Shown here: in pieces, positions 20,202 through 30,917 of the stretch
Numbering within the stretch: position 1 is the first letter of the stretch
How the letters are laid out: every line of letters begins with the position of its first letter
Source: an uncultured candidate division Zixibacteria bacterium
GTDB taxonomy: Bacteria > Zixibacteria > MSB-5A5 > UBA10806 > 4484-95
Assembly (NCBI GenBank): GCA_963668625.2
Contig: CAXXKA010000009.1
Coordinates: 1-64,000, forward strand
Direction of reading: 5' to 3'
DNA length: 64,000 bases
The notes under the pieces: generated by a model
Told to the model about the DNA's origin: nothing
Database searches by the model: none
The model's input: the letters and a program-made list of their open reading frames with translations, nothing else
Made by a program: the position numbers and the translations under genes

Positions 20202-21899
20202 CTACTCTGTAGCCTGTTTAATTACGAGATAAACCGTCGCGACATTCGCCGTAAAGGCTATAACATCCCTTATTGTTTTTAAATATTCAATCTTTTTCTC
20301 TTCAGGAATCAATACCGTATCCCCAGGTTTCAAAACGGCATTTTTTTTGGCTTTTTTCCACTCACCCGTGACAGCCTTGATAATCCTAACTTTTCCCTTA
20401 TCAGCCCTGAAACTGTAACCACCTGCAAGTTTTATATAATCCGAGTAATTAAATTCAGGATTGTAAGCCTGAAGGCCGGGATTTGCAACCTCTCCTGAAA
20501 CCGTGATTACCTCACTGACGGTTGGAATACGTATAACATCTCCGCTCTTCAATTTAATATCATGTTGACGGTCGGAGGAATATAATTCCTGAAAATTGAT
20601 AGCAACTCTACCCGGTTTTTCCCTTGATTTGAATTTGAAATACTCATACTCGAGGTCAGACATGTCCGCGACTTCCATCTGACTCAATCTCTCGAGTTCT
20701 CTGTCGGCTATATCCTGGTCGGTAAACCTGGTCATTTCGGCCTCGGCCAAAGAGGCCAATTCGGTGAAACCACCGGCCTCCGTTAGAATTTCGCTCAAGT
20801 ATGTAGATTCCGGCTTGATGGCGTAAAAACCGGGATACCTCACTTCGCCCAGAATCAACACTTGATGTTTTTCGTTGAAATCTTTTTTGGTCTTGATAAA
20901 TAAGCGATCATCGGGCTGCATTTGGATATCAGGTTCCTCGCCGTGTAATATCTCTCTCAGATTGTACATTTCATGTTTTTCAGTCGTACCATCCGGCGCA
21001 AACCTCACTAATTCGGCATATGATGAGTCGGCATCGATACTTAATCCATGACCAAGTTTAATTAAATCGGTCAGTGAATCCCTGGCTGAGTATTCGAAAT
21101 AAGCTGGGTTTCTCACACCACCGAATACACCGTACATGTTAATATTTTGCTCGCGAAGCGGCACGAAAATCTCATCACCATCGCTTAACTTATAATTGTA
21201 TTTCATATCGCCAGTTTGCTCGAATAGTAAGATATCGGCAGTATCAACGGAGCCAGATACGGAGTTTATGATAATATTGCGTTGAGAGGCGATACCGCTC
21301 GGAAAGGTAACGGGTTTATAAAAGGACTTGATTTCATAAGGGCTTTTATTCTCGCCTTGGAAGCCACCGGCCATTTTTATAATCTCAGAAACACGAGTAA
21401 CAGCGTTTGCGGTATAAACTCCGGCGTAATTTACGGCGCCGCCAATAGCAACCTTGAATGTTCTTAAACCGATAAGATCGGCGGTCACCTGAACATTCCT
21501 GAATCGTTCGAGTATCTCTTGTTCGATTTTAATTTTAGCTGAGGATAAAATCATTCCGGATATATCGATTGGACCAACCGTTGGTACCAATAATTTCCCC
21601 TCCGGGGTGACCGTAATATCATATTGCGCCTGGATCGAACCCCAGATAAATATTCTGAGTTTATCACCGGGGCCGACCATATACGACAACGGATCGATAG
21701 GCTGATCGAGCGGAGCGATTTCACCAGGACGAACGATGCTAAAACCAGTGAATTCCGAAGGATCTATTCCCTCGTCGGTTTTCTGACAATGACCCGATTC
21801 GGCTTCAAAAAACAATACTACAGCCAGCAGATTCAATAGGATCACTAATAATTTTCTATATTTTGATTTACCGTTTCCGGCCGGCAAATTATTGTTCAT
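20202..21899 (-). CDS. Polysaccharide export protein (Poly_export + SLBB repeats, Wza/KpsD-like)
   Basis: YMVGPGDKL, repeated GEV.YPG / AGGF SLBB motifs. Confidence 0.87.
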   Translation of the reverse strand: MNNNLPAGNGKSKYRKLLVILLNLLAVVLFFEAESGHCQKTDEGIDPSEFTGFSIVRPGEIAPLDQPIDPLSYMVGPGDKLRIFIWGSIQAQYDITVTPEGKLLVPTVGPIDISGMILSSAKIKIEQEILERFRNVQVTADLIGLRTFKVAIGGAVNYAGVYTANAVTRVSEIIKMAGGFQGENKSPYEIKSFYKPVTFPSGIASQRNIIINSVSGSVDTADILLFEQTGDMKYNYKLSDGDEIFVPLREQNINMYGVFGGVRNPAYFEYSARDSLTDLIKLGHGLSIDADSSYAELVRFAPDGTTEKHEMYNLREILHGEEPDIQMQPDDRLFIKTKKDFNEKHQVLILGEVRYPGFYAIKPESTYLSEILTEAGGFTELASLAEAEMTRFTDQDIADRELERLSQMEVADMSDLEYEYFKFKSREKPGRVAINFQELYSSDRQHDIKLKSGDVIRIPTVSEVITVSGEVANPGLQAYNPEFNYSDYIKLAGGYSFRADKGKVRIIKAVTGEWKKAKKNAVLKPGDTVLIPEEKKIEYLKTIRDVIAFTANVATVYLVIKQATE

Positions 21900-22021
21900 T
21901 GATTCCTTTCTCAAACTACCGTTTGCCGTTTTTCATTAAAAACGTAAATATATTTATCCGACTCGAATAGTCAAGTTCTTTTAATTCTACTGATTAATAC
22001 ACTTAAGGTTCATCCGTAAAG

Positions 22022-24529
22022 CTATTTTTCAGTCTGTTGCCATTTTTTCACGTTGGCAATATATTCCTTCATAGCTTTTTTCGCCTTATCATCAGATCGA
22101 GACTCGATTTGTACCAGGAACGAGGCTTTAAATCTATCCGGCTTGATCGTTATATTGATTCCATCAGTATTAAACCTGACACCATCAACCAGTATTCTTT
22201 TCTTTCGAGTAGTATGCTCCATCAGGCGACGCATGACCAGACCCTTTTTCGTCCAACTACATGGGACATCTTTAGTATACAGGTACAGCTCCGGCCATTT
22301 TCTCTTGACCTCCCCTAACTTCTTACCGGAAAGCGCCATAATCTCGAGTATCTTGGCAACGGTAAACATGGCGTCACAGCCAATTTGGAAACCGGGGAAT
22401 ATAAATCCGCCCTTTGTACCGCCGACAAAATCCACCCGGGCTTTATGCATCGCATCCATCATGGCTAGATGGTTATCCGGGATACGTTCGACCTCGGTTT
22501 TATACTTTGCTGCAATAGAATCTACGCCTGCCGAGGCCAGCACGGGAACGGCAATTCTCTTACATTTGACCAGGTTCAGGTAAAGATGAAGTATCTTCAA
22601 CAGTAACACCTGATTATCAATATGGCGGCCGTTTTCATCGAATACTATCAGCTTTTCAGCCCCTGGGCCTATTAAAAATCCGGCATCTGCCTTTAACGAC
22701 CGAACAATCGTGGAAAGCTGTTTGGTAGCCTTTGCCTCGCTATATCTGTAACCTTGTACCCTATCAGGATCGGGGTAAGCGTTCACCGAAACCACATCGA
22801 CCTCAAGAGCGCCGAGTATAGCCGGCAATATCTCGGAAGCGCCTCCAAATCCGAAATCGACAACTACTTTAAGTTTGGATTCGCGCATCTTTTCGATATT
22901 TAAAGCCTGCAGGAAACCATCGCGATAATACTCTATCACGCGCTCCGGAAATTCTATTTTGCCGGTTTGCTCCATGCTAACCCGCCTGAAATCCTCGCGT
23001 AAGAACAGCCGTTCGATAGTTTTTGCTTTCGACACCGGTATATCATAACCACCCGGGTTGAAAAAAACGATATCCATGTTCTCATCCCCCGAGGGAGAAA
23101 CTCGGGCGTAGACACCACCAGCCTCTATCTGAAGGCTAAGCTGGTAACGAAGCACCGGGATCGGTATCGTGCGGAGTTCGGCCACGTTAGCTCCGGCCGA
23201 GATCAATCCGGCTATCAGTGAACGGGTAAGCATACGAGAGGTTCGGCTGCCATCCCTGCTGACTATCACTGTCTGGTTGTTGCCTACGATCGCGCCATAA
23301 GCTGCTCCCAGACGGCCTGCCAGTTCGGGAGTCATCTCGACATTCGCAATACCGGTAATTTTCGAGTCGGTGAAAAGTTCCCTGGTCCATTTCTCACCCC
23401 ATACCAGGCTGGAGGATAATATCGCGCCGGCCTCGACTTCTTTTTTGGGCCAGATTTTCACGTTAGCTTTTACTCGGGCGCCCTCGCCGACCCTGGCTTT
23501 ATCGGAGATTATGACGTTCTCCTCCAAAACCGCGGCCTCGTTTATGATCGCGCCTTTGCAAATTATCGCCTCGGAGCTCTGGGCGCGCGGCCCGATGGAG
23601 ACCTTATCCCAGGCAATTGTCCGGCTTAAATCAGCTTCTCGGCCGATAATCGATTCCGCTCCGACAACCGAATTGAATAATTTCGCCCTCGGCCCGATTT
23701 TAGTTTTATGACCAACAATCACAGTGCCGCTGAATTTCGCCCGGGGCGAGATCTGAGCGTTATCGCCTACCCAAACCACTGCGCCGTCTTTTTCCAGCAT
23801 CTTGCCGGATTGGCTGACTTTTAGTTTTCCATCAAGCATATCCTGATGGGCAGCCATATACTCATCGGTATTACCGATATCACGCCAATAGCCCTCAGCT
23901 ACGAAACCGTACAATCGCTTCTTCTCAGCCAGCATTTTCGGAAACAGGTCCTTGGAGAAATCATATTCCGTTTGGGGCGGATACAAATCGAGCGCCTCCG
24001 GTTCGAGGATGTAGATACCGGTGTTAATCGTATCGGAAAACACTTGCCCCCATGATGGCTTCTCCAGAAATCTTTCTATGCGACCGTTTTCGTCGGTAAT
24101 CACGACACCATAGGCAAGCGGATTTTCCACTCGGGTGAGTACCATGCTTGCCATCGCTTTATGCTTTTTATGAAACTTCACCGCCTCGGTCAAATCGATA
24201 TCGGTGGCAACATCACCGGAAATGATGATGAATCTCTCATCAAGAAATTTCTGGGCGTTTTTCACCGAACCGGCCGTTCCGAAATCGGCCTCAGCCATCA
24301 CATAATTCATCTTGACTCCCCAGTCGGAGCCATCCTTGAAATGATCTTTTATTTGATCGGCCTGGAAATATAACAATGATGTGATATCCGTAAAGTTATG
24401 CTTCTTAAGCAGCTTTACCAGATGTTCCATTACCGGTATGCCCCCCAGCGGTACCATCGGCTTGGGGATATTCAGAGTCAGGGGTCTTAGCCTGGTACCA
24501 AATCCTCCCGCCATGATTACGGCTTTCAT
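22022..24529 (-). CDS. Mannose-1-phosphate guanylyltransferase fused to a phosphomannomutase-like domain
   Basis: MAGGFGTRLRPLT..PKPM, FLEKP, GYWRDIG, LbH repeats, C-terminal PGM/PMM-like region. Confidence 0.9.
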   Translation of the reverse strand: MKAVIMAGGFGTRLRPLTLNIPKPMVPLGGIPVMEHLVKLLKKHNFTDITSLLYFQADQIKDHFKDGSDWGVKMNYVMAEADFGTAGSVKNAQKFLDERFIIISGDVATDIDLTEAVKFHKKHKAMASMVLTRVENPLAYGVVITDENGRIERFLEKPSWGQVFSDTINTGIYILEPEALDLYPPQTEYDFSKDLFPKMLAEKKRLYGFVAEGYWRDIGNTDEYMAAHQDMLDGKLKVSQSGKMLEKDGAVVWVGDNAQISPRAKFSGTVIVGHKTKIGPRAKLFNSVVGAESIIGREADLSRTIAWDKVSIGPRAQSSEAIICKGAIINEAAVLEENVIISDKARVGEGARVKANVKIWPKKEVEAGAILSSSLVWGEKWTRELFTDSKITGIANVEMTPELAGRLGAAYGAIVGNNQTVIVSRDGSRTSRMLTRSLIAGLISAGANVAELRTIPIPVLRYQLSLQIEAGGVYARVSPSGDENMDIVFFNPGGYDIPVSKAKTIERLFLREDFRRVSMEQTGKIEFPERVIEYYRDGFLQALNIEKMRESKLKVVVDFGFGGASEILPAILGALEVDVVSVNAYPDPDRVQGYRYSEAKATKQLSTIVRSLKADAGFLIGPGAEKLIVFDENGRHIDNQVLLLKILHLYLNLVKCKRIAVPVLASAGVDSIAAKYKTEVERIPDNHLAMMDAMHKARVDFVGGTKGGFIFPGFQIGCDAMFTVAKILEIMALSGKKLGEVKRKWPELYLYTKDVPCSWTKKGLVMRRLMEHTTRKKRILVDGVRFNTDGINITIKPDRFKASFLVQIESRSDDKAKKAMKEYIANVKKWQQTEK

Positions 24530-24594
24530 CTACTATATCTCCTCTCTATCGTAACATCCTGTTACGGATACAAAACTTGTCGGTTCTTTCAAGC

Positions 24595-25272
24595 TTAACC
24601 CCTGGTATCGAGTTCCCTTCGGAACGATTTTATTATATCATGGAAATTATTAAAAGGGAAATACTTAATCTTCTTCGAATCGAGATATTCCGCTAAAAAG
24701 CTTTTTGCGAATACGATATCGGCTTGCTCGGCGGCGTGATTGTCGGAATGACCATCCCCTATGAATACCGAGATATCGTCGGCAGCTAAAAGCCTCCTGA
24801 TCTTCTCGCCCTTGCAGTCGACGCACCGAGGACACACCGACTCATCGTAATAGATAAATTCGGGATAGAGCATATTATTCTCCACCCTCGTCGGTGTGGC
24901 GTAAACTTCAACTCCATCGAGATCGAGACGAGCCAATATTCGCTTGATATAGAAATCGAATCCCGCCGAGAGAACTGTCAACTTATAGCCGGCGGATTTA
25001 CAATAGTCGATGAATTCACCGAAACCCTCGGTTATCTCCCGGCTATCTATGAAATCGTTTACTTTGCTTATAGGGCTTGGATTTTCGTTGTAGATATCGC
25101 ATTCGGTTTGCAGGCATTCGATCGCCGAGGCCTCGCCTCGTCGGTATTTCTGCACTATCGATTCGGCCCTGCCCTCGGCAAACAGCTTGAAAAATCTATA
25201 GCCGACATCCTCTTTCGTGATCGTTCCGTCGAAATCAACGAAAACGTGATAACTCAAGCGTATATCCTCCAT
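24595..25272 (-). CDS. MtnX-like HAD-IB phosphatase
   Basis: DFDGTIT, LSAGF, CKG, IGDGHSD, FAK. Confidence 0.85.
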   Translation of the reverse strand: MEDIRLSYHVFVDFDGTITKEDVGYRFFKLFAEGRAESIVQKYRRGEASAIECLQTECDIYNENPSPISKVNDFIDSREITEGFGEFIDYCKSAGYKLTVLSAGFDFYIKRILARLDLDGVEVYATPTRVENNMLYPEFIYYDESVCPRCVDCKGEKIRRLLAADDISVFIGDGHSDNHAAEQADIVFAKSFLAEYLDSKKIKYFPFNNFHDIIKSFRRELDTRG

Positions 25273-25529
25273 GCTACCGCCAGGGCAAGAACCAGTAACA
25301 AAATAATTACGATAGCACCGTACCTGGTCTCATTATTGCGAAATAGTATGACCATAGTTAAAACAAGCCCGCTGATCGGTATGATTACGGCCAGCAAAAT
25401 ACCAAGCCGAGTAAACCATACGGAATTTCCGAGACCGGCCATACCGGCCACGATAGCCACTCCGAATATTAAAGCCATCACCAAGCCTGCGTACTTGAAA
25501 TAGCGCGAGAGTATGGTTTCTACTTTCAA
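25254..25529 (-). CDS. Small membrane protein (DUF1634-like), TauE partner
   Basis: 3 TMs, GILLAVIIP; overlaps the TauE stop. Confidence 0.65.
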   Translation of the reverse strand: MKVETILSRYFKYAGLVMALIFGVAIVAGMAGLGNSVWFTRLGILLAVIIPISGLVLTMVILFRNNETRYGAIVIILLLVLALAVAWRIYA

Positions 25530-26329
25530 AACAGCTCCACTCCCAGTCCCCTTAAACCTATACGAAGCCCGGCATACAATAGCGCGATTATGAACACGAT
25601 CTTTATGACCCTGGACTTGAGCTTACTGGCCGTTGCCGCCCCCAGAGAGGAGCCGACCAGCGTACCGATAATAAGCGGTGCGATAGCAGCATAATCTATC
25701 AGGTCGTATTCGAGAGTCCCTTTAAGCTGGGCGATGAAATACACCAGCGTTCCGGTAGCGGCTGTCACGCCTATCATATATGTCGAGGTAGCTACGGCGG
25801 CTTTTATAGGGTAACCCAGTATCAGGTGAAGAATCGGTACCTGAACAACGCCACCGCCTACTCCCAGGAGCGCCGAGACCATCCCGGCGACCGTGGATAA
25901 TATCAAGCCGATAATCTTCCTGGCTCCCGATACCACATGTCCCGCTATATCGGTCACCGGTTGATCCTTGCGATTTATTTTCATCACCATATTTACCGAG
26001 GTGTATATCAATACGATTCCGAATATGACACTGACAATCTCCGGCTGAATCGCGATGGCTATCAAACCACCGGCAATCGCGCCGACTATAGTGGTTGTCT
26101 CGAGGAACAGCCCCATACGGAAATCTACCAGCCTTTTGGTAAGGTAGCGTGAGGCGCCGCCTATCGAGGTGGCACATACAGCGCATAAACTGGTGGCAAC
26201 GGCTGCTTTGATCGGTAAGCCGAAAGCGAGATTGAGTATCGGCACCATTACCACGCCTCCCCCCAAACCAACGAGCGCGCCGAAAAAACCCGCGCCTAAA
26301 CCGCTGAGAAAGATCGCAATTATTTCCAT
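25526..26329 (-). CDS. TauE/SafE-family (TSUP) exporter
   Basis: GALVGLGGGVVMVP and LGVGGGVVQVP repeats, AVATS. Confidence 0.9.
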   Translation of the reverse strand: MEIIAIFLSGLGAGFFGALVGLGGGVVMVPILNLAFGLPIKAAVATSLCAVCATSIGGASRYLTKRLVDFRMGLFLETTTIVGAIAGGLIAIAIQPEIVSVIFGIVLIYTSVNMVMKINRKDQPVTDIAGHVVSGARKIIGLILSTVAGMVSALLGVGGGVVQVPILHLILGYPIKAAVATSTYMIGVTAATGTLVYFIAQLKGTLEYDLIDYAAIAPLIIGTLVGSSLGAATASKLKSRVIKIVFIIALLYAGLRIGLRGLGVELF

Positions 26330-26453
26330 GCCGGGATGATAACTATAGCGATTTCAAATTGCAAGTAAAGATGATGTAAATATTAATAGCCACGGGCTGT
26401 CGAGAATTCTTGTTTTTGCGGATGATATTAAATCGTTGTTTTTTGAAGTGCGC

Positions 26454-26571
26454 CCTCAGGATGTCGTACCTTCCATCCCGAGGTATCGGGCCGGGATTAT
26501 CATTGTTAATATACAGTTACGCCCTATATCATCAGAATGGGGCAGGATGAAAGCGGAGCGACATGCTGACC
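26454..26571. repeat. Pair of REP-like palindromes (family C)
   Basis: CCTCAGGATGTCGTACCTTCCATCCCGAGG and GGCAGGATGAAAGCGGAGCGACATGCTGACC resemble the elements at 50639-50754 and 51006-51120. Confidence 0.65.
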
Positions 26572-26641
26572 ATATGACGATATCGAATAATAAATTTTAT
26601 CAATGATTGCCACTGGAATCAAACAGTTCACTGAATAAACA

Positions 26642-26654
26642 CCGGACACTAGTG
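26642..26654 (+). mobile_element. Orphan IS4-type right end
   Basis: CCGGACACTAGTG is identical to the IS4 right end at 52722-52734; no transposase nearby. Confidence 0.55.
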
Positions 26655-26752
26655 ATTCAGGATAAACCCATAAACTGATTATTTAACTAAAACAACAATG
26701 ACAGGTAAGACAATTTTAAGTGATCGAGATAGTAAACAAGCTAATATACGAT

Positions 26753-28393
26753 TTAATACCCAACCAGCAAATCCCCGTAAACATCGGGGCTTTTCAATAC
26801 CTCGCCGGCTTTAACTAACTCGGGATCGTTATACTGTCCCGATAACTCCAGTGCGGTTTTCTCGCCGAAATTGAGCGATACTATATATTCATATAATAGC
26901 TTTCGAAGAAGCGGGGTGGCGCTCAGCAACTCGTTAGCGGCATTATTATCGAGAATTTCTTTGATCTCCCCGAGAGGTTTAGTCATGCGGCTCGGTCCGG
27001 GAACAGTATCGACTACGGCTTTAAACTGGTTAAATCTCGAATAAACTTCATCCTGGAAAACATATCCCCTTTCATCGAGATACTCGATGAAATCATCAAC
27101 GGTTCGGTCCTCGAGTTCGTAATCCACATCAATTCGATGAGTGCTGCAATACTGTTCGACGAATTCGTTCAAATAACCCGAGGTTATTATCTCATCGATG
27201 AGCGGGCTATACTCGAACAACTCCACATATATATCGGGAATAATACCGCCGCCGCCGAAAACGGGCCTGCCCGCCTCGGTAAAAAATAGCACCTCGTTAT
27301 CGCCCTCGGGCGCGGCCAATACCTCGTTATTCAGCCGGTTTTTCTGTATGCATCTATCGGAGGGCGTGTAATACTTGGCGGTGGTTAACTTGAGCGCCGA
27401 GTTATCCGAGAATTTCAAAATCTGCTGAACCAGTCCTTTGCCGAACGAGGTCGAACCGATAATCAGTCCTCTATCGTTATCCTGTATTGCCCCGGCAACG
27501 ATCTCGGCGGCCGAGGCTGTCTGGCCGTTTATCAACACGGTCAGGGCGCCATCTTTATAAAGGCCGTCCTCGCGAACATCATAGGTACGCATACTGACAC
27601 CGCCACGGCTTTTGGTCTCGACTATTCTATCGCCTTTTTCCAAAAATAATGCCGCAACCTCGATAGATTCATATAGCAAACCGCCGGGGTTGTCACGAAG
27701 GTCTAATATCAGGCCGTTGACGTTTTTATCCATCAGTATGGAAATGACACTTTTAACCGCGAATATGCAGCCCTCGGAGAATCGGGAGATTTTAATATAA
27801 CCATTATTGTGTTGATCGACAAACCAGTATGGCACGGCCTCTATATGTATCTCCTCGCGAGCCAAAGCAATCGATAGCTCTTTGCTCAACAGCGGCCTGT
27901 ATAAGGTGATATCGACCAGGGAGTTTTCCTCCCCCCTCAGCAACTTGCGGCAGGCCGAAATGGATTTATCGATAACCGAGGTCGTATCTACTCTGACTAT
28001 TCGATCACCGATTTTAATATTGGCTTTCGAGGCCGGGCTATTTTTGATTACCGAGCAAACCCAGATACTGTCGCCGGTTTTATCCAGTTCGATACCGGTG
28101 CCGGCGTATTCGCCCTGAGTCTCCTGAATCAGGTAGAAATAGTCGTTATCCTCGAGATAAGTACTGTAAGGGTCCAGCTTATCGAGCATGCCCTCGATAC
28201 CGGCGTGGATCAGTTTCTGGTCATCCAGGCCGTCCACATACTTATCCGAGACCGTAACCGCGATTCTATCGAACAGCCGGATAAGCGTATAGAGGTCATC
28301 CCCGGAGGCCCAGGCCAGGCTAACCGCTACGATCAGTAAAAAAAAAGGCCCGGTGATCATACCGAGCTTTATTTTCAATAGTTTCTCGATCAT
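26753..28393 (-). CDS. S41 carboxy-terminal processing protease (PDZ + peptidase)
   Basis: LDPYS, DLRDNPGG, TASAAEIVAGAIQD, FGKGLVQ, LTTAKYYTPS. Confidence 0.92.
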   Translation of the reverse strand: MIEKLLKIKLGMITGPFFLLIVAVSLAWASGDDLYTLIRLFDRIAVTVSDKYVDGLDDQKLIHAGIEGMLDKLDPYSTYLEDNDYFYLIQETQGEYAGTGIELDKTGDSIWVCSVIKNSPASKANIKIGDRIVRVDTTSVIDKSISACRKLLRGEENSLVDITLYRPLLSKELSIALAREEIHIEAVPYWFVDQHNNGYIKISRFSEGCIFAVKSVISILMDKNVNGLILDLRDNPGGLLYESIEVAALFLEKGDRIVETKSRGGVSMRTYDVREDGLYKDGALTVLINGQTASAAEIVAGAIQDNDRGLIIGSTSFGKGLVQQILKFSDNSALKLTTAKYYTPSDRCIQKNRLNNEVLAAPEGDNEVLFFTEAGRPVFGGGGIIPDIYVELFEYSPLIDEIITSGYLNEFVEQYCSTHRIDVDYELEDRTVDDFIEYLDERGYVFQDEVYSRFNQFKAVVDTVPGPSRMTKPLGEIKEILDNNAANELLSATPLLRKLLYEYIVSLNFGEKTALELSGQYNDPELVKAGEVLKSPDVYGDLLVGY

Positions 28394-28418
28394 ATCAAGT
28401 ATCGAGGAAGATTATCGT

Positions 28419-29045
28419 TCAACTTATGCTATCATCAACAAACTCTCTTATTCTTGCCTCGATAGTATTAATATCGTCTAAGCCGTTTACGACCTTAAAG
28501 CGAGTATTTCCCTGCGATTGACACTTTGTTGCAATCTGCAAATAGCCATCCCTCACTCGATTAAAAAAATCATCCCCCTCGGATTCGATACGATCCTTGA
28601 GTTTTCCGCATACCATCAGGCGTTTTAACGATTCCTCGACTGTGATATCTATGAAAAATGTCAAGTCCGGTTCGAGACCGCCGGTGGCTATATTATTTAT
28701 GGCCTCTATTTTTTCGACTCCCAAACCCCTGGCGTAGCCCTGATAAGCCGTTGAGGAATCGGCGAAACGATCGCAAATAACAACCTGTTTTTCAGCCAGG
28801 GCCGGCCTGATAACTGTTTCGACAAGTTGAGCGCGGGCGGCGCTGTATAAAAAGAACTCCGATAATCCTACCATACCTTTCGAGTCGTTATCCAATAATA
28901 TTTCGCGGATTTTCTCCGATATCTTCGTTCCGCCCGGTTCCCTGAGAGTTAAAACTTTATATCCTTTTTCAGTCAGGTAATTCACCAGAAGTTGACACTG
29001 TGTGCTCTTGCCGGATTGATCGATACCCTCGAACGTTATAAACAT
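28419..29045 (-). CDS. tmk: Thymidylate kinase
   Basis: FITFEGIDQSGKST, REPGGT, DRFADSSTAYQG. Confidence 0.96.
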   Translation of the reverse strand: MFITFEGIDQSGKSTQCQLLVNYLTEKGYKVLTLREPGGTKISEKIREILLDNDSKGMVGLSEFFLYSAARAQLVETVIRPALAEKQVVICDRFADSSTAYQGYARGLGVEKIEAINNIATGGLEPDLTFFIDITVEESLKRLMVCGKLKDRIESEGDDFFNRVRDGYLQIATKCQSQGNTRFKVVNGLDDINTIEARIREFVDDSIS

Positions 29046-29050
29046 CCTCA

Positions 29051-29914
29051 CTAATCCCTTTCCGAGAAAACTAAAATTAACGCTAAAATAATCAATGCAC
29101 CTCCTGTAATAGTACCAATATTCGGCATCTCTTTAAAGATAAAAATTGCCCAAATCGAGGCTAAAACAGGTTCGGCTACTATAGTAATACCCACTTTGTA
29201 GGCTTTCAAATGCTTTATCATATAATTGTATAACGAATGTCCGATAAGGGTCGGGCCGACTGCCAGCAGGGTAAAATAGAAATAGTCGATCCCCTGATAA
29301 GTCGCTAATAGTTTTCCATTTACGAGAAGAATAACGCCCAGCGTTATGGCCGCTACCGAGTACACCACATATATATATGGTATCACTCGTAATGAGCCGC
29401 GTACGATTCGCCCGAAAAACAGGTAAATAGCAGCCATGATGGCGCCCAGCAACGCCAGAAAATCGCCATAAAGATAATCGCTCGATAGGTTCAAGTCGAA
29501 CCCGGCGATTAAGGCGGTACCGCAAATCGCCAGGGCAATACCGATATAGCCTTTTAGAGCGGGTTTCTCGCCGAGAAATATTGTGGTGAATGCCACTAAA
29601 AATATCGGCTGGGTGGTAACCAGAACTACCGAAGAGGCTATCGAGGTATAATCCAACGAGGCGATCCAGAAATAAAAATGCCAGCCTAAAGCCAAACCGG
29701 AAAGTATGCTGATGATTGTCGTTTTCCTCGTAAACGCGGAAAATTCATGTCGGAATTTAGTTAAAGCTATGGGAGTTAAGATAACGACAGATATCAGGAT
29801 ACGATAAAAAGCGATCGCGGTAGAGGGCGCCTGGCTGGCGCGAATGATTATCGCCGCCCAGGATACGGCCAGCACGGCCGGTATCAAAACCAGCCATTTG
29901 CGATCCTGTCTCAC
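29051..29914 (-). CDS. DMT/EamA-family permease
   Basis: 10 TMs, duplicated EamA halves, GDFLAL, EPVLAS. Confidence 0.9.
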   Translation of the reverse strand: MRQDRKWLVLIPAVLAVSWAAIIIRASQAPSTAIAFYRILISVVILTPIALTKFRHEFSAFTRKTTIISILSGLALGWHFYFWIASLDYTSIASSVVLVTTQPIFLVAFTTIFLGEKPALKGYIGIALAICGTALIAGFDLNLSSDYLYGDFLALLGAIMAAIYLFFGRIVRGSLRVIPYIYVVYSVAAITLGVILLVNGKLLATYQGIDYFYFTLLAVGPTLIGHSLYNYMIKHLKAYKVGITIVAEPVLASIWAIFIFKEMPNIGTITGGALIILALILVFSERD

Positions 29915-30912
29915 GAGTTAACTGTGCAGTATTGCTCTAGTTTTAAAAGCTGCGAGGAGGTTCCGATCAGTATCAACGTGTCGCCCTCATCGATAATCAT
30001 ATCAGGCGGCGGATTGTAAAACATCCCTTTGCCATGCTTGCGCGTTCCGATAATCGTGATACCCAGTTCGGAGCGTATCCCGGAATCCTTGATTGCCCGT
30101 CCAATAAGGCGGGAACCGCCTTTTACCGCTATCTCCTCGACTTTCAAACCATCGGTGGAATCCTCCGAGGCCAGGTTCATGAAATCGACGACGTTCGGTC
30201 GAAGAGTTGTCTGGGCCATGTAGATACCGGCGTAAACATGAGGCGAAAGAACCTTGGTAGCGCCTGCCCGCTTGAGCTTGTTATGGGCGCTCATACTATC
30301 GGCGCGCGCCATTATAAACAGGTCGGGGTTAAGCTGTTTGGCCGAGATCGTGACATACACGGCATCCGCCTCATCGGCGATTGTGTTGATAACGCCTTTA
30401 GCATTGGCGATATTCGCCACCAGCAATTTATCGTCATCGGCGCAGTTACCGTTGATATATAGATAACCCGCTTTCTCCATCTCCTCTACCAGTTCCGACA
30501 TCTGCTCTATGACCACGAACGGCACGTTGTTCAAGCTTAATTCCTTACAAACGGTTTTACCCACACGCCCAAAACCGCAGATAATATAATGATCTTTCAG
30601 CTTTTTCAGTTGTTTTTCCATGATTCTGCTCCCGAATAACTTTTGTATATGCCCCTCCAGGATCGATTTAAACAGTATACTGACTAAAAACCCCCAGGCC
30701 GGCGCTACGCCAATGAATACGAATAATATCGTAAAAATCTTGCCGGAATCGGTAAGGGGATGAACCTCGTGATAACCTATAGTGGCCAGGGTGATAATGG
30801 TCATATAGGCCGAATCCAAAAAAGTCCAATCCTCCAATCCCCAGTAACCAAAAGTACCGACCAGCATTATGACAGGTAATAGAATTAATGCCCTGATGAT
30901 ATTTTTTTCCAT
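29911..30912 (-). CDS. Potassium channel with TrkA-N/TrkA-C (RCK) domains
   Basis: Filter-like TLATIGY, ICGFGRVG, C-terminal GDTLILIG. Confidence 0.9.
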   Translation of the reverse strand: MEKNIIRALILLPVIMLVGTFGYWGLEDWTFLDSAYMTIITLATIGYHEVHPLTDSGKIFTILFVFIGVAPAWGFLVSILFKSILEGHIQKLFGSRIMEKQLKKLKDHYIICGFGRVGKTVCKELSLNNVPFVVIEQMSELVEEMEKAGYLYINGNCADDDKLLVANIANAKGVINTIADEADAVYVTISAKQLNPDLFIMARADSMSAHNKLKRAGATKVLSPHVYAGIYMAQTTLRPNVVDFMNLASEDSTDGLKVEEIAVKGGSRLIGRAIKDSGIRSELGITIIGTRKHGKGMFYNPPPDMIIDEGDTLILIGTSSQLLKLEQYCTVNS

Positions 30913-30917
30913 AATAA

